A stretch of 64,000 bases of DNA from IMG/VR virus record IMGVR_UViG_3300048996_000137, positions 627 to 64,626 of that record. One strand, given 5' to 3'. This document shows, piece after piece, positions 10,068-19,013 of the stretch (its first letter is position 1; each line of letters starts with the position of its first letter). Made by a program: the position numbers and the translations under genes. Below the pieces are notes generated by a model. It was not told where the DNA came from. It searched no databases and worked only from the letters and a program-made list of their open reading frames with translations. The DNA comes from a virus. Taxonomy: Duplodnaviria > Caudoviricetes.

Positions 10068-10077
10068 GGATTTTTGT

Positions 10078-10479
10078 TCAGACCGCGATCGCGATTTTCG
10101 CCGCGGTCAGCTCCGAGACGGTGAGCGTCAGCGTCACCGGACCACGCACCGAAACGAGCGCGCCGGTGATCTTGAGCGTCCGGCCCTGCGGGAAAAAGGT
10201 GACGCGCACGCTGCACGACGCGACGCGCTCGTCCTTGAGTGCTTCTTGCTCGAGCTCGTTTTCGAGCATGCCGGGACTTGTGACGAACGCCGCGCCCAGG
10301 TGCTGCCCCACGCCGTAGCCGTAGTCCTGGTCGTACCAGAGCGAGCCGCGACGGGTGAGCCAGCGCCGCGCGACCGCTTGCGCGACGCCGCGGAGCGGGT
10401 CGCGCACCGGCGAAAACTCGAAGTCGACGTCCTCGATCCCATCGAGGTCAACGCCAAAGATCTCGTCGTCGGTTGCCAT
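10078..10479 (-). CDS. Baseplate gp46/gpW-like protein
   Basis: LT.RGSLWYD.DYG, DERV motifs; upstream of J. Confidence 0.8.
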   Translation of the reverse strand: MATDDEIFGVDLDGIEDVDFEFSPVRDPLRGVAQAVARRWLTRRGSLWYDQDYGYGVGQHLGAAFVTSPGMLENELEQEALKDERVASCSVRVTFFPQGRTLKITGALVSVRGPVTLTLTVSELTAAKIAIAV

Positions 10480-10496
10480 AACTAGCTAGACGCTAC

Positions 10497-10718
10497 TTAT
10501 TCGCGGGCGGTGGGGGGGCACTGTTCGAGCTTCTGCTGCAGCGCGATGTTTGCGATCGCGAGCTTTTCCGCGCGCGCACGCACGGTCGTCGCGTCTTCGT
10601 CGAGCTTGTAGAGCGCCGTGGTCAGCCGCTCGCTCTTGTCGCGCTGCAGCTGCATTTCGGCTTCGGAGTAGCCGCACGCGCTGATCGTGATCAGCGCGCA
10701 CATTGCGATGCTGTTCAT
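10497..10718 (-). CDS. Small lipoprotein with coiled coil (spanin candidate)
   Basis: MNSIAMCALITISAC lipobox-like signal. Confidence 0.5.
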   Translation of the reverse strand: MNSIAMCALITISACGYSEAEMQLQRDKSERLTTALYKLDEDATTVRARAEKLAIANIALQQKLEQCPPTARE

Positions 10719-11044
10719 AGCTTGGGCACGACCGGCAGTTTTGCAGGGATCATGCGGAGCTCGCGGTCGTTGGCGGCGTCGATGATCCGCCACTCCACGA
10801 GCCACACGCTCGCTCGTTTGATTTTCGCGACTTCGTCCGGGCTGAAGTAGTACTCGGCGTAACCGGGCGACAGGAGCGTGGTCGGCTTGTTGTCGACGAT
10901 GAGCTCGTGCGAATCCTCGTCCTGCACGCGGATCGTGCCGGTCATGCCCTCGAGCGAGACCAAGCGCCCGTTGCGCTTGATCTCGACTGTGATCGGCTCG
11001 AAGTTCGAGTCCGTCACGAGCGGATCGTAGATGAACACCGTCAT
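10715..11044 (-). CDS. BppU-like Ig-fold structural protein
   Basis: VSLEGMTG.I, G.AEYYF, W.VEW pattern. Confidence 0.5.
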   Translation of the reverse strand: MTVFIYDPLVTDSNFEPITVEIKRNGRLVSLEGMTGTIRVQDEDSHELIVDNKPTTLLSPGYAEYYFSPDEVAKIKRASVWLVEWRIIDAANDRELRMIPAKLPVVPKL

Positions 11045-11053
11045 GGGCCGCGA

Positions 11054-11239
11054 TCATTCCTCTTCTTCGGGCGGCTCGGGCGGGTTTTGCACGAGCAGCA
11101 GAAGCCCCTGCAAAATGCAGTAGATCTCGGCGGTGTCTTGGTGCTCGGGCTGCTTGTTCGCGATGCACGTGTTCATCACGCCGATGAGCGTGGCGCGCTG
11201 GTTTTCAGTGATCGGGGCTTCGGGGACCTGGAACTCCAT
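11054..11239 (-). CDS. Small hypothetical protein
   Basis: GGAG RBS; 61 aa. Confidence 0.5.
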   Translation of the reverse strand: MEFQVPEAPITENQRATLIGVMNTCIANKQPEHQDTAEIYCILQGLLLLVQNPPEPPEEEE

Positions 11240-11269
11240 GTGCGTTTCTCCGTTGTGGAAACCAAACTC

Positions 11270-12337
11270 TTACGCGGCCGCGAGCACGAGGATCACTGCG
11301 CCGTCGGAGCCTCTGCCGCCCGCGCCACCCGAGCCCGCGTTATTGGGCGAGCCAGTCGAACTCGCGCCACCACCACCGCCACCACCACCACCACCACCGC
11401 CGCGGCCCATCGTGCCGACGGTACCGACGCTGCCGGTCCCGCCCGTAACTCCGGCGCCGGAATCATTGCCGGCGCCACCTGCACCACCGGCGCCGCCGAC
11501 GCCGCTCGTAGCTGCAGGCAGCGCACCTAAAACGCTCGCACGCTCGTCCCCGGGGGATGACGAGCCGCCACCACCACCACCGCCGCCACCGAAGCGCGTG
11601 CCGCCGGCACTCAGGGCGCCGGTTGCAGCTGCGAGCGGCACATCGACGTAGGCGTCATCGCCAAACGTCAGGACACTGCCAAGCACGGGCACTGTAGCGT
11701 CGGCGCCGCCCGCGCCACTGCCGCCCGCACCGGACGACATGCCGCTCGCGTTCGAAGGCCAGCGCACCATCCCCGCTGCGCCGGCGACGACAGCGCTATT
11801 GGTGGCGCCTGCGGTGATCCCCGCCGCAACGATCGGGGGCGTCGCGACGATCAGTGTCGCGCCGCCCGAGATCGCGATCGCAGTAATGCCGGGCGCCGGC
11901 GAAGCCTGCCCTTGTCCAGTGGCGCCCACGCCGCCGGCACCGCCCGCGCTTCCGAGGCCGACCGTTACAACCAACGTCGAACCCGCGGGTGCTTCGACCG
12001 GAGCGTACCGGATCGAACACGAGCCGCCGGCTTTGCCACCGCCGCCGCCGCCGCCGCCATTCGGACTAACGCCGAAGTAACCGCCGCCGCCACCCCACCC
12101 GCCGTACGCGCCCGGCCGTAACCACGCACCGATCAGCTTGTAGCCGGTCGGAATCACGTACGCGGGGTCGCTCGCGGTGAAGCCCACCAGCAGCACCGGC
12201 GCTCCGATCATCTTCGCGTATGCGAGCGAGGCTGCCGCGAGCAGCGCACCACTGAGATTGGTCGCAACGCCGTAGAGCCCGGTGCCCGCGATGTAGCGCA
12301 GCGTCGCGTCGAACTTCGCGCTGAGATCGAAACTCAT
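11270..12337 (-). CDS. Glycine-rich tail fibre protein, paralog 2
   Basis: Poly-Gly tracts; N and C termini near identical to 12345..13433. Confidence 0.75.
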   Translation of the reverse strand: MSFDLSAKFDATLRYIAGTGLYGVATNLSGALLAAASLAYAKMIGAPVLLVGFTASDPAYVIPTGYKLIGAWLRPGAYGGWGGGGGYFGVSPNGGGGGGGGKAGGSCSIRYAPVEAPAGSTLVVTVGLGSAGGAGGVGATGQGQASPAPGITAIAISGGATLIVATPPIVAAGITAGATNSAVVAGAAGMVRWPSNASGMSSGAGGSGAGGADATVPVLGSVLTFGDDAYVDVPLAAATGALSAGGTRFGGGGGGGGGSSSPGDERASVLGALPAATSGVGGAGGAGGAGNDSGAGVTGGTGSVGTVGTMGRGGGGGGGGGGGGASSTGSPNNAGSGGAGGRGSDGAVILVLAAA

Positions 12338-12344
12338 GGTGTGA

Positions 12345-13433
12345 TCACGCGGCCGCGAGCACGAGGATCACTGCGCCCGCGGACCCGTTGCCGCCGTTGC
12401 CGCCCGCGCCACTTGCGCCACCCGTGACTGATCCGGCACCACCACCACCGCCGCCACCGCCGCCACCACCACCGCGGCCCATCGTGCCGTCGGTGCCGTT
12501 GCCGCCCGCGACGCCCGCGGCACCGACACCCGCGTTATTGCCATTGCCACCGGCGCCGCCGTTGCCCGCAGCGCCGCTCGTAGCTGCAGGCAGTGCGCCG
12601 AGCACGCTCGCACACTCATCACCCGGGGAGCTCGCGCCGCCGCCGCCACCACCGCCGCCGCCTTTTTGTGTGCCACTTGCGGTGCCGTTGATGCCGAAGG
12701 ACGGAACGTTGACGTAGGACTGCGCGCCGAACGGAAGCACAGTCAGCAGAGACGGATTCGCGACGCCCGCGCTCGCCCCGGTGTTGCCGTTGCCTCCACC
12801 GGATCCCGCGAGCCCGTTCGTGTTCGAGGGCCACCTTGGGGTCCCGGTGTTGCTGCCGCCGCCAGATCCGGCAACTAGGCCGCCCGCAGAGGTGCTGCCC
12901 GGCCCGACGGACGACGGAAGACGCGACGCGGTGACGAGCGTCGCGCCACCTGAGATCGCAATCGAGGTGTCAGTCGGGACGACCGCCGCGGCGGACCCGG
13001 TGTTACCCGCGATGCCCGCGGCAGCGGACGCTCCGCCCGCACCACCGACACCACCGACACCGACCGTGATCACCAGCGTCGAACCGGCCGGTGCATCGAC
13101 ATCCGTGTACGCGATCGAGCACGAGCTGCCGCCGTGTCCGCCGGCGCCGCCGCCGCCACTCACCGTGCTTGCGCTGCTACCACCGGCACCACTGGCACCG
13201 CCGCACCCGCCCCACGCACCCGGCCGTAACCACGCACCGATCAGCTTGTAGCCAGCCGGAATCACGTACGCGGCATTGGTCGCCGTGAAGCCCACGTGCA
13301 ACACGGGCAGCCCGTCGAGCTTCGAATACGGCACCGAACCTGCGGCGAGCAGCGTCCCGTCGAGGTTTGGTGCAACGCCGTACAGGCCCGCGAAGTAACG
13401 CAGGGTCGCGTCGAGTTTAGTGCTGAGATCCAT
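12345..13433 (-). CDS. Glycine-rich tail fibre protein, paralog 1
   Basis: Shared DLS.K.DATLRY, YVIP.GYKLIGAWLRPGA, GAVILVLAAA. Confidence 0.75.
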   Translation of the reverse strand: MDLSTKLDATLRYFAGLYGVAPNLDGTLLAAGSVPYSKLDGLPVLHVGFTATNAAYVIPAGYKLIGAWLRPGAWGGCGGASGAGGSSASTVSGGGGAGGHGGSSCSIAYTDVDAPAGSTLVITVGVGGVGGAGGASAAAGIAGNTGSAAAVVPTDTSIAISGGATLVTASRLPSSVGPGSTSAGGLVAGSGGGSNTGTPRWPSNTNGLAGSGGGNGNTGASAGVANPSLLTVLPFGAQSYVNVPSFGINGTASGTQKGGGGGGGGGASSPGDECASVLGALPAATSGAAGNGGAGGNGNNAGVGAAGVAGGNGTDGTMGRGGGGGGGGGGGGAGSVTGGASGAGGNGGNGSAGAVILVLAAA

Positions 13434-13442
13434 CGGACAAAC

Positions 13443-13907
13443 TCAGCCGTACGTGAGCACCGTCGTGTGGTCGCCGTCGTACAAGAAGTCGCTGTGATCG
13501 CCGTCGAAGCCGAGCGGGTCTGCGAGCGCGAGGAGTTTGCGGCCGAGCTCGAGCACCGCTTCGCCCGCAACGACGCTCATCTCGTACGAGTACAGCGTGA
13601 TCGCGCGCGCGGCGCTGCCGGCGTCGAGGTTCGCGAGGTCCGTGTCGCGGTAGCGCACGAAACCGCTTGCGATGATCTGCACCGTTCGGCCGCCCGTCGC
13701 GTCTTGCCGCACTGCGATCGTGCCGCGTCTGCCGGCCGCAGGGTTTGCGAGCGTGACGATGAGGTTCCCCGTCAGCGCGCCGATCGCGAAGTCACTGCAG
13801 AGCGCAGTGTCGAGACTGAGCGCAGACGCGTACGCAACCGACAGCGGCGCGCACAGCTTCGGCGGCGGCACCGTGCCGTCGCGCATCTGCTTTCCGTCGA
13901 GCGGCAT
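13443..13907 (-). CDS. Tail fibre-associated protein
   Basis: TLANPAAG..G.IAVRQDATGGRT motif common in fibre-associated domains. Confidence 0.7.
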   Translation of the reverse strand: MPLDGKQMRDGTVPPPKLCAPLSVAYASALSLDTALCSDFAIGALTGNLIVTLANPAAGRRGTIAVRQDATGGRTVQIIASGFVRYRDTDLANLDAGSAARAITLYSYEMSVVAGEAVLELGRKLLALADPLGFDGDHSDFLYDGDHTTVLTYG

Positions 13908-13913
13908 TTCGCT

Positions 13914-14750
13914 TTACGCCGCGTACTCGAAGTCGATGATGTCGGTCGCCGCGAGCTGGTAGAGAGCCACGGTGCCGACCCAGTAACACAAGTCGCCGGC
14001 GGCGATGTTCGCGATCGTCTTCGCGGTCGTGCCACCGTCGCTCGAGAAATAACAGTCTTTGGTTTTGACGCCATCGCCGAGCGTCGCGCCCAGGCCATTG
14101 ACCGAGATGCGTACGTACGCGTCTTGCGCCGGAGTCGTCACGAGCGCCGTCGCGCACGCCACTTGAAAGTCGGTCGTGGTGACCGACGCAGTCATTCCCT
14201 TGTTGCTCGAGACGTCGAACGCAGCCTGCGTGCCGATGCCGAGGTCGACGATGGTAAGCGGCGTTGTGCCGAGCGTCACGCTGTCGGCGGTCTGCGCGAA
14301 GTCGTGGTTCGCGTAGAGCGTGCCCTGCTCGACGTGGACGTGGAAGCCGCGGACTTCGGCTGCGCTGTCCGCGTCGGCCGCGCGCGTCCAGGCGCCGACC
14401 GCCGCGTTGTAGATGCCGTTCTCGGCCCCCGCCGTATTCGCGCGCACCAAGATGCGATTGGTCGCGACCGGCGTGACGCCGTCGATTGCGGCAAGCCCCG
14501 ACAGCGCGTGGTTACCCGTCGTCGCGCACAGACACTTGTCCTTCCACGGGATCGCGTAGATGTCCGCGAGCCGCGCCGCATCGGTGTCGAGTAGCGGAGC
14601 CCCGAGGCTCGTGATCCGCTGGCTGCCCGCGTTGACGGTGCCAGTCCAGGTGACCGAGCCGTCCGCGCGCAAAATCGTCGCGAGAAATGCGCTCGCGAGT
14701 TTCGCGGCTGCGATCGTACCGTCGCGCAGCTGTTTGCCGTCGATCAACAT
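13914..14750 (-). CDS. Tail fibre-associated protein
   Basis: LSGLAAIDGV...RILV...ENGIY...WTRAADAD fibre motif. Confidence 0.75.
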   Translation of the reverse strand: MLIDGKQLRDGTIAAAKLASAFLATILRADGSVTWTGTVNAGSQRITSLGAPLLDTDAARLADIYAIPWKDKCLCATTGNHALSGLAAIDGVTPVATNRILVRANTAGAENGIYNAAVGAWTRAADADSAAEVRGFHVHVEQGTLYANHDFAQTADSVTLGTTPLTIVDLGIGTQAAFDVSSNKGMTASVTTTDFQVACATALVTTPAQDAYVRISVNGLGATLGDGVKTKDCYFSSDGGTTAKTIANIAAGDLCYWVGTVALYQLAATDIIDFEYAA

Positions 14751-14756
14751 TGGATC

Positions 14757-15131
14757 TCAACCTTCTTCGTAGACAAAGTCGAACACGTCCGATGGCGCGC
14801 ACTCATGCATCGCGACCGTGCCCTGCCAGTAGAGGAGGTCGCCGAGCGTCACCTCACTCCAAAAGAGCGCCGTCGCGCCGCCGTCGCGGCTGAAGTAGCA
14901 ACTGGCCAGCGCGCGCGTGCCGTCGCCGAGGTCCGACTGCATGACGCCGTTGAAGCACACGCCAACAAACGCCGCCGGCATCGCGGTGATCGGGATCGCG
15001 CAGGCAAGCTGACCGTCGGCCGTCGTCAGCAGCGCCGGCATGCGCTTGTTCGAGCGGGTCAGCTCCGAGCGCGTCTCGAACGGCTCGCTCGTGGCCGCCA
15101 ATAGCTCGCCCAGCGTTGTGAGCTCTGGCAT
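14757..15131 (-). CDS. Structural protein paralogous to C-terminal domain of 13914..14750
   Basis: Shared NG...LGDG...CYFS.DGG.TA...GDL.YW.GTVA...DF.Y. Confidence 0.7.
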   Translation of the reverse strand: MPELTTLGELLAATSEPFETRSELTRSNKRMPALLTTADGQLACAIPITAMPAAFVGVCFNGVMQSDLGDGTRALASCYFSRDGGATALFWSEVTLGDLLYWQGTVAMHECAPSDVFDFVYEEG

Positions 15132-15144
15132 CTGCTCTTTCCGT

Positions 15145-15516
15145 TTAGTCGCGAACGATCTCGATCACCTCGACCCAAACAGGCTCGCCGTTGACGGTGA
15201 CGACCTCGCCCAGGTGCGTGACGTACTCGATGCGGGTGCGCCAGATCGGCCACTGAGCCACGGTCACGCGCCACAGCTTCTGCAGCTCGAAGCGGCTCGG
15301 CCGCAGCGCAATCTCGAGCGACAGGGCGCTGCGCTCGAGCGCGAACGTGAGCGCAGGCTGCGCAATCTCGGCAATCGCGCGCGGCCGCGCGATCTCACAA
15401 CGGTAGAAGCGCCGCGCGAGCTCGACCCGGAGCACCGCGGCACGGCACACGCCGAGCGGCCGTGACCCGAGCGTGACCCCGAGCGCTGAGCGGCGGTCAA
15501 CGGCGTAGGTGGACAT
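15145..15516 (-). CDS. Hypothetical tail-region protein
   Basis: ORF in operon orientation; C-terminal VTHLGEVVTVNGEPV. Confidence 0.5.
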   Translation of the reverse strand: MSTYAVDRRSALGVTLGSRPLGVCRAAVLRVELARRFYRCEIARPRAIAEIAQPALTFALERSALSLEIALRPSRFELQKLWRVTVAQWPIWRTRIEYVTHLGEVVTVNGEPVWVEVIEIVRD

Positions 15517-15633
15517 GGGGAAAGTCCGCAGCCAACGGCGGCGCCTGTAACTGCTAGCCCATGCGTGCGCCGCCGTTGGCAGTTGTCGCGTTGCGGGGGC
15601 TAAGCCGGGAGCGCAACCGTGTTCTGCGGGGTG

Positions 15634-16068
15634 CTACTTTGTCGGTTTTTTCGAAGTCTCATCGGCGGCGACCAGCGGCAAGGCATCGCTCGCGAACCTA
15701 ATGTCGTCGGCGTTGAAGTAGTGGCCGCCTTCGCGCAAACACTCGGGGCACTGCCAATCTGTGTGGTAGCCGTGCGGACAGTGAGTGCGAGTGCCTGCGG
15801 GCCTATCAAGCGCGCGCCACTCTTTCGCCTTGTGCTCGCTCACCGCGTGCTCGCACGTCTGGCACACGCCACTGACCACGCGCTGCACCGCGCAGTTCAG
15901 CGCGCAACACGAACACCAGTTGTCGGGGCACGGCGAGAGTGGGAACACCGGCAGCGCGGGATCCGGCCCGCCGGGCAGCTTCTTGAACTGTTCGTAGAGC
16001 TTCGGCCCGACCATGATTTCGTCATCACGCATGTACGGATTGAGCGTGATTTTGATCGAGCCCTTCAC
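15634..16068 (-). CDS. Cys-rich hypothetical protein
   Basis: Multiple CxxC; abuts upstream ORF. Confidence 0.5.
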   Translation of the reverse strand: MKGSIKITLNPYMRDDEIMVGPKLYEQFKKLPGGPDPALPVFPLSPCPDNWCSCCALNCAVQRVVSGVCQTCEHAVSEHKAKEWRALDRPAGTRTHCPHGYHTDWQCPECLREGGHYFNADDIRFASDALPLVAADETSKKPTK

Positions 16069-16070
16069 TG

Positions 16071-16280
16071 CTAGCTCCGCTCGGCGACACCTGCCGCGAT
16101 CAGCGCATCGATCGCGGCGTTGAACTCGGCCGCGAGTTTTCGCACGTCGCGCAGGCTCATGTACGAGCCGTTGAGCCAGTGCTTCACGTAGATCGGCCGG
16201 TCGAGCGATTGGCCATCCGCAAGCTGCTGCGCCGAGACCCACTCGCCCGCGTACAGCTCTTTGACCTTGATGTTGCTCAT
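16071..16280 (-). CDS. Small hypothetical protein
   Basis: MSNIKVKELY start, protein-like composition. Confidence 0.5.
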   Translation of the reverse strand: MSNIKVKELYAGEWVSAQQLADGQSLDRPIYVKHWLNGSYMSLRDVRKLAAEFNAAIDALIAAGVAERS

Positions 16281-16374
16281 CGTGCGCGCTGTCGTCGCTT
16301 CCGTCTGCAGATGTAACATCGGCGCGGGCATATCCCGAGCCGATGCAGCCGTGGGATGCCGAGCCGTAGGACCT

Positions 16375-16629
16375 TCACGCCGCGCGCTTCTGTGGACGCA
16401 CGCGCGACTCACGGCCGGTGATGAGCCAATCGCACGACACGTTGAGGGCCTTCGCGATGATCGCGACCTGAGCCGGAGTCAGACCGCGCTTGCCGGTCTC
16501 GATGCGCCACCAGCTGTTTTGCGGTTTCGCGTATCCGAGTAAACGCGCGAGCATGGTCGCCGAAACAGGCGGGTCTGCTTTGTCGCGCGCGAGCTTGATG
16601 CGTTGTCCCATGCTGAGCGATGTCGACAT
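16375..16629 (-). CDS. XRE-family HTH regulator
   Basis: GQRIKLAR...LARLLG...RIETGKR...IAKALNVSCDWLITG. Confidence 0.85.
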   Translation of the reverse strand: MSTSLSMGQRIKLARDKADPPVSATMLARLLGYAKPQNSWWRIETGKRGLTPAQVAIIAKALNVSCDWLITGRESRVRPQKRAA

Positions 16630-16844
16630 AACGTTCGCCACTCTAGAGCGATCTGCGGGCGTTGCCAAATCGGCTTTGCGCTGAAGTGCACGCTTTGCGG
16701 GAACACGAAGACGAAGAGGAAAATCACCAAGCAGAGCAGCGCCGCTAGCCAATCCACACCGCTCGGCGGTAGAGGCCGCGCAGGGACGGCACGCACGAAG
16801 AGCAGCGCCGCCGAGATGATCAAGAACAATACGAGTGGGGTCAT
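16479..16844 (-). CDS. Two-TM membrane protein (holin candidate); 3' part overlaps XRE gene
   Basis: Two hydrophobic helices in the first 50 aa; starts 2 nt after spike stop. Confidence 0.4.
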   Translation of the reverse strand: MTPLVLFLIISAALLFVRAVPARPLPPSGVDWLAALLCLVIFLFVFVFPQSVHFSAKPIWQRPQIALEWRTLCRHRSAWDNASSSRATKQTRLFRRPCSRVYSDTRNRKTAGGASRPASAV

Positions 16845-16846
16845 AG

Positions 16847-18028
16847 TCAGGGTGGTGGTTGAGGGATCGGAGTGCCGGTTGGGTTACCGGGCGCCGTGCT
16901 TAGATGCACGTGCGTTTGGAGCGAGACCGCGGGCAACGGCACGGGCAGATCCGGCTGCGGCGCCGCGATGCAGTCGCTCGCAGTGACTGTGCCGCTGACC
17001 GTGAGGTCCCCGTCGATCTGTACCGTCGGTGCTTTCAACGTCAGCTTGGTATCGGCATCGATCGCAATCGACAGCACGCTCGAGCCGTCGGCCCACAGCC
17101 CCGCCGCGGGCTTACTCGGATCGCAGTCTTCGTAGAAGAGAATGCAGCGCGAGCCCGGCTTCACCTTCACCGTGCAGCCCGGTAGCCCGTGGCGCAGCGG
17201 CACACGCGAAATGCCGGTCCCGCGCATCAGCTCGTCGTCGGGGTACAGATCCACCGTGTCGTCGTCGACCTGCGCGACGACCTGCGCCGGGTACCACGCA
17301 CCGAAGTCCATGCGGTGCCCGAAGAGCGATTCGACGATGCCCGTAAACGTCCGGCGCATGCGGTCGACGGCGGACGCATCGTCGGCAAACGTCAGCGCTT
17401 GCGTGAGCTCGGAGCTGTTGACCCGAGTCACCACGGTGATGATCTTGCGCGCCACCCCGTCGATCGAGAGCGTCGTGCCGACCGTGATCAGGGGCTCTTC
17501 GACCGACACGACCATCGCCGTGTGGCTGCGCTCGAGCTCGTCGTACTTCGCGCTCGAGGCCGGCCAGCTGTCGGTGCCGAGCCAGAGCGTGCCGTCGCGT
17601 AAGAAGCGCCAGTTGGCTTTGGACTCGCGTGCGATCTGCGCGACCGACGCACCGATGGTTGCGCGTCTGCGCGTGTAGCGTGCGGTCGCGCGCTCGAGCA
17701 CGCGCGCGTCAGTATCCTTCGAAAGTTTCTCGCCGCCGGCGGCCGTCACTTCGGTCAAATGCAACAGCGTGCGTGCGCGCAGATAGTGCTTCGCCGGCAG
17801 CTCTTTTCCGAGCGCGCCGTTACCGCCGACCACTTGCGCGTGAAAGCGGCCGCTCTCGAGCTCGCCGCGCGTGACCGTCCCGAACCACGCAACCCCGTCG
17901 ATGTCGATCGTCACGCGGCCGGAGATCTTCTCTTCGCTGTCGAGCTCGAGCTCGGCCGACCACGCGCCGGTGACGGCCTCGGTGATCGTGGCCGCAAGCA
18001 CGTCTTTGCCGTTGACGGAGGCGGTCAT
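16847..18028 (-). CDS. Fused baseplate hub + spike protein
   Basis: N-terminal hub-like region, gpV OB-fold-like region, C-terminal LQTHVH metal-binding tip. Confidence 0.75.
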   Translation of the reverse strand: MTASVNGKDVLAATITEAVTGAWSAELELDSEEKISGRVTIDIDGVAWFGTVTRGELESGRFHAQVVGGNGALGKELPAKHYLRARTLLHLTEVTAAGGEKLSKDTDARVLERATARYTRRRATIGASVAQIARESKANWRFLRDGTLWLGTDSWPASSAKYDELERSHTAMVVSVEEPLITVGTTLSIDGVARKIITVVTRVNSSELTQALTFADDASAVDRMRRTFTGIVESLFGHRMDFGAWYPAQVVAQVDDDTVDLYPDDELMRGTGISRVPLRHGLPGCTVKVKPGSRCILFYEDCDPSKPAAGLWADGSSVLSIAIDADTKLTLKAPTVQIDGDLTVSGTVTASDCIAAPQPDLPVPLPAVSLQTHVHLSTAPGNPTGTPIPQPPP

Positions 18029-18038
18029 GTTTTTCGTG

Positions 18039-18809
18039 CTACTCGGTGGTCACGCGGCCGGGGAGCTTCGGAAGGAGCTTCCACTTTTCGTTGTATTTGC
18101 CGTACTCCTCGCTGAAGTTGGTGTCGGGCTTCGGCGGCGGCTCGTAGCCCTTCGCCGTGATCTTTTCCATTTCCGCCGCGCGCGTCTCGTCCAAAAACTG
18201 CTGCACCGGAGAGATGGGCAGCACACCCTCGAACGGCACTTCAATCCGCGTATTGCCGAGCTGCCAAACCGTCGGGAAGTCGTCGATCTTTTTCGGTGGC
18301 GACGGGATGAACTCGATCGCTTCGATCGTCATCTCCATGATGCCGTCTTCGATCTCGGGAGCCTTGATGCTCTTGACGTAGATGCGCGTGACACCCATCA
18401 CGGCGAGTGACGGATGCGCCGCGGTCATGTCCTTGCGCTTGCCACCTTTTTTGCGCGGGTGGATGTCGGGCAAGATCTGCTGCAGCGCCTGCCAATCGTC
18501 CTTCGACTCGAGCTTGCCGACGAACGAGACCTCCGCAGCGTCGTAGCCGCGATCCTTGATCTTCGCGCCGTCTTTGCCTTTGCCCTTCTTCTTGTCGATG
18601 TCGCGCGCACACACGCACGACACCTTCCAAATGCCGGGCATCACGTGCTTGCCGAGCTGCAAGCGATCCCAGACGTGCTCGTCGTCGTCCTCGTACCACC
18701 ACGGAATGCGCGCCGGCGCGGGGCCAAGCGCGCGCTTTGCGGCCGCGGGCAGGTCCGTCGGCCTCTTGTCGCGCGGAGGCTGCGCGGCGCGTTCGGTTTC
18801 GTCAGCCAT
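18039..18809 (-). CDS. Tail tube initiator-like protein
   Basis: Between tape measure and hub; D.KKGKGKDGA...GY and HP.L...G motifs. Confidence 0.6.
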   Translation of the reverse strand: MADETERAAQPPRDKRPTDLPAAAKRALGPAPARIPWWYEDDDEHVWDRLQLGKHVMPGIWKVSCVCARDIDKKKGKGKDGAKIKDRGYDAAEVSFVGKLESKDDWQALQQILPDIHPRKKGGKRKDMTAAHPSLAVMGVTRIYVKSIKAPEIEDGIMEMTIEAIEFIPSPPKKIDDFPTVWQLGNTRIEVPFEGVLPISPVQQFLDETRAAEMEKITAKGYEPPPKPDTNFSEEYGKYNEKWKLLPKLPGRVTTE

Positions 18810-18972
18810 GAGCGTGTAGCCACAAGTGCAGGATCAACACGCCCAGTGTTCCACCGACGATGAGCGCGACGCGCAACACGCGCCGCTCGAGCGCCTTGGT
18901 GCGCTGCTCGAGCTCGGTGATCCGGCGATGGGTCAGAGTGCGGCCGCGCGGGGTGGTCGCTTCGTCCGACAT
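18802..18972 (-). CDS. Small coiled-coil/TM protein
   Basis: ITELEQRTKALERR then hydrophobic helix. Confidence 0.4.
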   Translation of the reverse strand: MSDEATTPRGRTLTHRRITELEQRTKALERRVLRVALIVGGTLGVLILHLWLHAHG

Positions 18973-19013
18973 GTCCGAGTACCTACCACAAATAACCAAG
19001 TTGGTAGCCGCGC

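Noticed and set aside
11133-12717. Poly-proline ORFs on + strand
   Set aside because: Antisense reading of the poly-Gly fibre genes
11270-13433. Diversity-generating retroelement template/variable pair
   Set aside because: No reverse transcriptase seen; differences are not adenine-specific and include indels
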